From: Octopus vulgaris
Taxonomy: Eukaryota
DNA: 64,000 nucleotides
NCBI GenBank assembly: GCA_951406725.2
Contig: OX597828.1
Span: forward strand, 7,316,001-7,380,000
Direction of reading: 5' to 3'
Part shown: in pieces, positions 55,598 to 64,000 of the stretch
Numbering within the stretch: position 1 is the stretch's first letter
How the letters are laid out: each line of letters opens with the position of its first letter
Program-made: the position numbers and the translations under genes
The notes under the pieces: generated by a model
What the model saw: the letters and a program-made list of their open reading frames with translations, nothing else
The model's database searches: none
What the model was told of the DNA's origin: nothing

Positions 55598-56230
55598 ATG
55601 CAGTCGGGACGGGAAGACAATTTGGAAGTCTGCTATGCAATAAAATTTGAGCTCAACTGGACAAAAACGCTATAGAGACTTCTGAAATGCTCCAGTCTGC
55701 TTATGGATTAAGTATCTTTTTCTCGCTGAAATAAGAGGGCCAGGTAACGTGATCCACCGGAAAGCTCACGATGTTCCCCTATTTTGACATGAACAGTATC
55801 ATCCATTATAACTGGGTTCCCACTGGCCAGCTGGTGAACAGTTAGTGCTTTGTGGAGGTTTGAATGGAATTCGGGAAAAGATTTTGTCGCAAAAGGCCAA
55901 ACCACCGAGACCTGGACCTGCACAATGCACCAGTCCACAATTCCATCATGTTTAACCAACTACGTGACAGAGAAGGGAATCAAAGCTGTCCCTCATCCTC
56001 CCTAAAGTTCAAACCTTGCTCCCAGTGACTTAGTTCTTCACCAAGCTGAAAGAGAAGAAAAGGTCTTTGACACCTTCAATATGGAGAACCTCCATGGGGC
56101 CTTCACGAAGCGGACCGAGTGCATGGAAATCAGGAGATCCTACTTTGAAGGAGACTGGTTTTGTACTTCTTTGAAATGAATAAACGCCTCTCCTGTAAAA
56201 AGTCCACAAGATTCTGGAATCTTCTTTGAA
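55598..56230 (+). mobile_element. Decayed, internally deleted mariner (irritans-like)
   Basis: VCYAIKF..KNAIETSEMLQSAYG; FDMNSIIHYNWVPTGQLVN; HPP*SSNLAPSD. Confidence 0.75.
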
Positions 56231-56500
56231 TATACTAAATTTGTTCATTCTTAGCGGAGTACATGTTTATTTATATATTATATATTTTGAAAACCGAAGT
56301 GGAGGGCAGGACAAAAATGGTTGGGAAATTCTATTTTACTAAATCCATTATGATTCTTGTCATGAAAACGTGTTTTTCGTGATTTTGTTTTAGTATAAGT
56401 TTGATTAACATAAGAAACTAAGCAACAATTTAAGTATTTCTAAAAATTTAATTTTAAATTAGCAAGTAGACTGAGAAAGTGCTATTTTAGCAGTGTAGGA

Positions 56501-56535
<35 letters not shown>

Positions 56536-56666
56536 ATTATCTTTAGTCTCTTTTATTTTCATTTATTTCTTGAGATGTCTAAAATTCAGCGTACCTCTGT
56601 GGCCTGATCCCTGACAGAATTCCACAGCAACTCTCATACTTTTGTAGTTTTACACGAGAAGTCAGC

Positions 56667-56667
<1 letters not shown>

Positions 56668-56755
<88 letters not shown>
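56668..56755. repeat. (ATCT)n microsatellite
   Basis: Direct reading. Confidence 0.95.
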
Positions 56756-57232
56756 CAGACCAGCTTAAATTAATTCGTCCTTGGTTCAAAGACACCTGTT
56801 CTTAATGTCCTGTTATTTGCATTTGTATTTGCGTACCATTTCTCCGCTTTTTTTACATCCTTGTTTTCGTATACATTCGCTGCTTTCTTCCAAGGAATCT
56901 AGTGCTCTTAGCTTAGTTTTTCCTTGTGGCTAGCCAGATTGGAGCAATCTCGAGTATAACTAGCCGAAATTTCAAAGATAATCGGGAACTCGACTGAGGA
57001 AAGAAAACTCCGAATGACCCGTCTTTCCTTGTTTTTTTCTTGTCCCTTTTTTGTATCATCTAACTGTCTGGATGTTTTGCCTTCTTGTCCCATTTTTTGT
57101 ATCCCTTTATATATATATATATATATATTGGTAAAAACGGTAAGATAACACAAGAAAGAAAGAGACCTCAATATTACGTAAATAGAGGAAACTTATCGGT
57201 AAAATAATATGTGACAATTATTCGGTAGCCAA

Positions 57233-57291
57233 GATAAAACTGAGTTTCTGATGCCGAGGTGGAAATCCACAACACCATCTCTTCGGTTATC
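57233..57291 (-). ncRNA. Type-I hammerhead motif, CCGAAGA (U4C) core
   Basis: Minus strand GATAA-CCGAAGA-GATG..GTGGA tt TCCAC..CATC-A-GAAA-CTCAG-TT-TTATC; 5-bp stem I. Confidence 0.62.
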
Positions 57292-57586
57292 TGGCCCAGT
57301 GGTTAGGGCAGCGGACTCGCAGTCGTAGGATCGCGGTTTCGATTCCCAGACTGGGCGTTGTGAGTGTTTATTGAGCGAAAACACCTAAAGCTCCACGATG
57401 CTCCGGCAGGGGTTGGTGGCGGTCCCTGCTGTATTCTTTCGCCACAACTTTCTCTCACTCTTTCTTCTGTTGGCCTGCTCGCTTAACCAGCGGGGTGGCG
57501 TCATATGAAGGCTAAAACAATGGAAAGCGCATTGTGACCAGCGATGTGTGGCAACATCTGATAATCTGGTCGGACAGGTGATCACG

Positions 57587-57590
<4 letters not shown>
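57292..57590 (+). mobile_element. SINE, head C plus tail Y
   Basis: Matches 62300-62605 throughout. Confidence 0.9.
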
Positions 57591-57625
<35 letters not shown>

Positions 57626-57707
57626 CAAAATGGAGTTGTAAGGTACCGCACGAGTGGAATTATATATGAAAGAAGGTTTGAAAATGCAATTTTAAAAGAT
57701 GATTATT

Positions 57708-57752
57708 TACTTGATCGGTTTCACTTTTTTAGAAAAAAGATTGTCAAATGTA
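57708..57752 (-). ncRNA. Degenerate minimal hammerhead with UUGACAA (U3-A8) core
   Basis: Minus strand TACAT-TTGACAA-TCTTTTTT ct AAAAAAGT-GAAA-CCGA-TC-AAGTA; in a fragment abutting (TA)n. Confidence 0.5.
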
Positions 57753-57869
57753 CCATGTAAAAGCTTGGTTGTGTGAGGTACTTGTTGTCACAAAATATTA
57801 CAATATATATATACATTCTTTGATAATAACAAGAGCATATTAAAAACAGTTTACAAAGGAAAATCTCTC

Positions 57870-57909
<40 letters not shown>

Positions 57910-57937
57910 ACGCACACACACACACACACACACACAT

Positions 57938-57989
<52 letters not shown>

Positions 57990-58682
57990 ATATATATGTG
58001 ATATATACATAAATTTATATACACATTTATATACATTAACAAATATATTTAAAATACCTCTAATGGGTGTTTCAGTTTACCAATTGCAACGTTAATTTCA
58101 GTTAATAGGAGGTCATTCTCTATTAGATATAAGAGGTTCTATTGTATTTGTGCATAGACTAAAGAACACACTCTTCTCTCTGTTGAATTCTTCTTCCTCG
58201 GCCATGTTATAAAAACAATGCTCAATACATCTCAATGAAAATAAAAGCTTAGATAAATAATGGTTTCAAGTTTTGGTTCGTGAAGACGAAAGCTAGTCAG
58301 TGTATTGTATCTATTGTATCTAGTTTCAGCTCACGAGCTGTGGCCATGCTGGGGCACCGCCATTTGGTGTTGCTACATGATTTTACTTCACGAATGCTTT
58401 TTAGCAACTGCCATTTGGTGCATGAGAGAGTTCGATGCAGCTGCCCTCATCTGCACCTCCTGCCATGAATGCATTCTTTGTATGATGTGGATGTACGATT
58501 GCCATTCGAGGTCGTTATTAACAATGAAGCCTAACATTTGTAGTGACTTTGGGAGATCCAGTTGAGGTTCACTTATTTTCGTTACTTTTCTTGCATTAGT
58601 GAATTAAAACTTAGTACCTGTGCATATTAAGAGTTGCTAAGAGTAGAAATGAAAATTTGTACATATATTGACAGAAATTATG

Positions 58683-58930
58683 GGCGCAGGAGTGGCTGTG
58701 TGGTAAGAAGCTTGCTTCCGAATCACATTATTCCGGTTTTGGACCCACTCCGTGGCACCACGGGAAAGTGTCTTCTGCTATAGCCTCGAGCTTGCTTACG
58801 AGCCTCATGGTTCCAGATTCAGTCCCACTGCTTGGACCCCTGGGCAAGTGCCTTCTTCTATAGCCTGAGGCCGACCAAAGCCGTACGAGTGGGTTTGGCA
58901 GAGAAAACTGAAAGACCGTCGTATATAAAT
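58683..58930 (+). mobile_element. SINE family A head with internal duplication
   Basis: ggcgcaggagtggctgtgtggtaagaagcttgc; cccact..gcaagtg..tatagcct segment occurs twice. Confidence 0.8.
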
Positions 58931-59409
58931 ATATTCAATTTTGTGTGCTTGTGTGCATGTGTCCATGCGTGTGTGTGCATGTGTGTATGTACGTGTGTGT
59001 GTGTGTGTGTGTGTGTGAATGAGAAACCCTGCTTTAGTTTAACATCTCATCTCTCACATTGTCATTTCGCACTCCAAACAATCTCTTATCAAATTACCAA
59101 AGAGGAATACAAAAACAGGATCTTGCTTTATTTACTAATTAACAAGTGTGTGTGTGCGTGAGTGCGTGCGTATGTGCATGTGTGTGTGCGCCCGCGTGCA
59201 TGTATGTGTGTTGTTTGAGTGGATGCGTGCATAGTTTGAAACTAAGCTTGTGCGTTAAAAGTTCCGTTTGCATGTATTAAGTATTAAGAAATGCTTTGGA
59301 AACTGTTTCAGCTTAAAACTCAAATCCACGGCTACAACGTGAGTAGAGAACAAACTGTCTCGAGATCCAGTGTCCTTATTCTCCAGCGGACAACATGAAG
59401 ACACCAAAT

Positions 59410-59550
59410 ATATTTCTTTATTGCCCACAAGGGGCTAAACATAGAGGGGACAAACAAAGACAGACAAAGGGATTAAGTCGATTACATCGACGCCAGTGCG
59501 TAACTGGTACTTTATTTATCGACCCCGAAAGGATGAAAGGCAAAGTCGCA
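59410..59550 (-). mobile_element. SINE family B 3' part
   Basis: Closely matches 16918-17060. Confidence 0.85.
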
Positions 59551-59679
59551 AATGAATATTTCGCTACGTTCCGATTAGTCGCAACGGAAGTCTACGATGA
59601 CCTTAAATCGCAAAGAGCTGACCGTTTGCTCTTATTTGTCTCCAGAGATTGTTAAATAATATCAAAAGTTGCGGAAACC

Positions 59680-59804
59680 TCTGCTGCTGCTGCTGCTGCT
59701 GCTGCTGCAGGAGTTAGTGTTGTTGATGTTGTTGATGATGATGATCATCATGACCACGGTGGTCATGGTGATGATATCGCTAATGCTGCAATTGCTATTG
59801 TTGT

Positions 59805-59871
<67 letters not shown>

Positions 59872-59876
59872 GCTAC

Positions 59877-59945
<69 letters not shown>
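59680..59945. repeat. (CTG)/(ATG)/(CTA)/(TA) compound microsatellite
   Basis: Direct reading. Confidence 0.9.
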
Positions 59946-59946
<1 letters not shown>

Positions 59947-60040
59947 AACACACACAAGCACAGAGTTCAATATGACATTTAGTGAGTTGATGACGTCGAT
60001 GCAGTTAATATTTCTTTTTTTTTAACTTGCTTTGACTGCC

Positions 60041-60074
<34 letters not shown>

Positions 60075-62224
60075 TCTTTTGACGGTGTTGTTGTTGCTAT
60101 TGTTTTTGAGGATAATGATGATAGTGGTGGTGGTTGTGATGATGATGATGATGATGACTGATGGTAATGATGATGACTGATGGTAATGAAGATGACGGTC
60201 CCGACGATGTTATGCTGTGTTTTTGGTATTGCTGTCCCACGGCTGATTTCGATGTTGTTGATAGTGATTTTGATGCCTCCATTGTTGCTACTGTAGTTGT
60301 TGTAGTTGTAGCTGTTATTGTTGTTGTTGTTGTAAGTACAGCACTACATATTACGGTTACAATGATAATATAGCCCTGACACGTTGTTAAAAGACCAGCA
60401 AAATTGATCAGATCGGATTTTGATGTCTTTATCTCTTTCTAAATTTTGTGCCTCCCTCCTACAATCTCACTCACTCACTCACTCACTCACTCACTCACTC
60501 ACTCACTCTCTCTCTCTCTCTCTCTCACTCTCTCTCTATCTCTCTTTGTTCCCTCTCTCTGTCTATGTCCCTGTCACTTTCTGTGCTTCTTGCTTTCTGC
60601 CTATTTCCTCTTTTTCTCTCCGTCTGTCTCTTTCTCTCTCACCGCTAAAACAATAACAATCGCACTACTCTCTCTCTCTCATTCTCTCGCTTTCTTTCTC
60701 ATTCTCTTTCTTTCTTTCTTTCTTTCTTTCCAACTCTCTATTTTTCTCTCTTCCTTATTCTTTCTTTCTCTTTCCCTCTCACTGTCTCACTACAACCTCT
60801 CTACCACTCTATATCTGTCTCTCTAGTATTGCTACTCTAAATGTTAATCGTTCTCTATCCCACGTGCTCTTACTCCATTCTCGATATTTCATTTGCCATT
60901 CATGTCTATCTTTCGCGCTTTGTCTTTGTCTGTCTGTCTGACTGACTGTCTCTCTCTCCCTCTTTCCTCTATGAATCAATATATAGAAATACGTATCCCA
61001 TGTACACACATGCACATAAGAATGTGTATATCTATGCATGTATATGTATGTCTGTATGTATGTGTGTGTATATACGTATGTGTATATACGTATGTGTGTA
61101 TACGTATGTATGTATACGTATGTGTGTGTGCTTGTGCAAGTACGATATATAAATGCCGAAGGTGATTTCTCTCCAAGCAGAAACTAAAGGAACTGTTTAA
61201 ACATGTTGCAAGCTCTTCCACAATGGCAACCAAATCCTTTGACTTACTGGATACGTTTCTCCGTCTTCAGCATTTATCTCAGAGACTCAAACGCTTCGTC
61301 CATAACCTTGTATGTTTTGCCTAGTTAGAACATCGAGGACTGAATTAATTTTCGCTGGCAAAGAGGTGCAATCTAGTCTCTCGCTGACCTCAAGTAACGT
61401 GTCTGCTACTAACAGTTGTCTTGGTATTGCGCTTGTGGCTTTCTCCCATTTTGAATATGTGTGTGTATGTGTTTTTCTTTGTTAAGAGGGCGAATTGTTT
61501 CAAACTTTCGGTAAGAAGATAGGTTTGAGACACTAACGTTGCTGGGAAACTAGGGTAGTCGACAACAATAGGGGCGTCGTGTATTATGCTTTGACAAGAG
61601 CTTCAGGTATCATGCAGTTTTTGGCCCTTTTAGTTAGGAAGACATGTATAGTTTGTTCTTTAAGAGCATTGTAGTTTTCGCTACTCAGGAAGTTTGGGGG
61701 CTTTCAGACAGAAAGAGCAAATTCAGTTGGAGTAATGTTACTTCCACTTCTTCTGGAAGGACTACGTTCCACTTCAAGCCCAATTGAATATACCTGTCAG
61801 TGTTTGATGCAAAATGGAAAGTGGTTTCTCCACAGTTGCTTTTCTTCTTTTTTTTTATAAGCCTTATCAAGTTACTTTTGGGATTTGACATCGTTGGGTT
61901 ATAATTCCAGTGCCTATTGGTTTTGGCTACCGAAGTTAAGGATTTCTGTAAGGACCTAGTCTTGATTCAGCTTTCGTCTAGTGCCCTATAATATCCCGTC
62001 AAAGTACTCATGATAATGCAAAGCGTTTCGTTGATAAAAAGCACAACATGGCGTTTCGAGGTAAACACATCGGTGTATATGTATTGACAGTAGTCTGTCA
62101 TTTTATCTCTCTCTCTCCCTCTCTACCCCCCTTTATACACATGTACGTTTGAATGTTTGTGCGCTTGAGTGTATGCGCATGTACGTATGCATCGTATATG
62201 CGGTTGAGAATGTGCTCAATATAT

Positions 62225-62299
<75 letters not shown>

Positions 62300-62302
<3 letters not shown>

Positions 62303-62598
62303 GAGGCGCAATGGCCTAGTGTTTAGGGCAGCGGACTCGCGGTCGCAGGATCGCGGTTTCGATTCCCAGAACGGGCGTTGTGAGTGCTTATTGAGCGAAA
62401 ACACCTAAAAGCTCCACGAGGCTCCGGCAGGGGGTGGTGATCCCTGCTGTACTCTTTCATCACTCTTTCTCCCACTCTTTCTTCTGTTGGCCAGCTCGCT
62501 TAGCCAGAGGGGTGGCGTCATTCGAAGGCTAAAACAATGCGAACGCATTGTGACCAGCGATGTGTAACAACATCTGATGGTCTGGTCGGTCACATGAT

Positions 62599-62605
<7 letters not shown>
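62300..62605 (+). mobile_element. SINE, head C plus tail Y, full length, in (TA)n
   Basis: ggaggcgcaatggcctagtgtttagg..ggtttcgattccc tRNA-like A/B boxes. Confidence 0.9.
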
Positions 62606-62646
<41 letters not shown>

Positions 62647-62662
62647 AGCATGTGCTCAATAT

Positions 62663-62693
<31 letters not shown>

Positions 62694-63615
62694 ATATGTA
62701 TATATATGTATATATATATATATATATATTTATATACACACACACACACAAGCACATAGTTCAATATGACATGTGTATAAGTACATATTTAAATGAATAT
62801 CTATGTCTATATATATATATATTATATAGCATATATATATGTATATCATATATATATATATATATATATATATACGCATACACACACACGCACATATAGA
62901 TATATATATGACCATGCGTGCGTGAGCGTGTATGAGCGTGTGCGTACGTATATATGTACATGCACACACACACACACACACCACATGCACACACACACAC
63001 GCACGCACGCACGCACAAATATATGCATCTGTCCTACCGATTGTATCCAAAAGTAAGAACACCGCCTTAGGGGCCGATACAGCTGGAAATGGGAGACGTC
63101 TCTGGTGTTTCTGTAAAGATGCAAAGGGTCGGAAGTGTCACCGCGAGGCATCTCGTCCAGCACTGTAACAGTTCCCCTAATCCATCGCCTTGGATTGGGG
63201 CTTTGTTAATGACCCCGAAAAGATGAAAGGGGAATTTGACTTTCAGCCGCGGAAAGAAAGAATTTAAACAAATGCTGCAAGGCTTTCGAGACATTTGTCT
63301 ACGACTCTATCAGTTCACCACCTCTCTCACCCTCTCTCTCTCTCTATTCATATATATATATATATACATGAATATATGAATATATATATATATTTGTGTG
63401 TGTATAAACATATATATATATGTGAATAAGCACGCACGTACAGACCTTATATATAAAGTGAATTCGATATGTATATTTACACACAAACACACACACACAT
63501 CTATATGCATGTATGTATGCATGTCTCTCTCCTTCCCCTCTCTCTCTCTCTCTTTCTCTTTCTCTCTATCACTTCTTCCCTCCCTCTCTATCTCTCTCTC
63601 TTTATAAATATATAC

Positions 63616-63653
<38 letters not shown>

Positions 63654-64000
63654 ATAAACATACGTATATTATACCCAGTTTGCCTTAATATATATGTGGT
63701 GCTTATACTACAAGAAAGAAAAAAAACAGGCCTCGCCCTTTGCAGATAACAACTGAAGAATAGAAACAGGAAAGACCCGAAGTATTCATAAAATTAGGTC
63801 ATTGTGGAATCCCTGTTTCCAGAGTGAATACCTGTAATTATAATTCTATCCTACTTTGAAATATAAGCAGGAATGTAACGCAAAGGTATGATCCTTGATA
63901 AGTATCAGAAAACCCTACTCAACTCCATTGAGTACTAAACTAGATATTGTTTGAAATAATATGTATACATTTGTTACGAGGCTTTCTGGGGGTCGATTTA

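Noticed and set aside
54717-56331. Possible hAT element enclosing the mariner relic (CAGTGCTTCTCAAAC ... GGTTGGGAAATTCTA)
   Set aside because: Right TIR too diverged and no TSD identified
56990-57030. CTGAGGA...CGAAT motif in a TA-flanked repeat
   Set aside because: A15.1 and the UH site are not satisfied and there is no convincing stem I
61250-61275. Minus-strand CTGAAGA-CGGA-GAAA-CG-TA
   Set aside because: No stem II or stem I pairing; probably chance
62300-62375. tRNA gene
   Set aside because: tRNA-like A/B boxes belong to a SINE head with no complete cloverleaf; same for the other SINE heads

Overview
AT-rich, repeat-saturated eukaryotic non-coding DNA (intronic or intergenic). The SINE families and extreme (TA)n/(TACA)n/(ATT)n density suggest an octopus/coleoid cephalopod genome (inference). 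I find no intact host protein-coding gene; nearly all listed ORFs are microsatellite artefacts or decayed transposon fragments. Recognisable content: dozens of tRNA-derived SINEs with interchangeable heads and tails, five or six mariner relics (one a ~880-bp foldback built from two 5' ends), a hAT MITE with an 8-bp TSD, two 3' ends of RLE-endonuclease (R4/Dong-like) retrotransposons in (TAA)n, decayed RT fragments, a bipartite RTE-like element and a 1.5-kb 26-bp minisatellite. The most interesting signal is about 10 type-I hammerhead ribozyme motifs, folded by eye, in short Penelope-like fragments at (TA)n tracts. Several lie within or between long inverted repeats. Four of them, in three different helix contexts, share a non-canonical CCGANGA core (U4C), and others show U3/A8 or A6U variants. 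Ribozyme activity, family names and novelty are untested.
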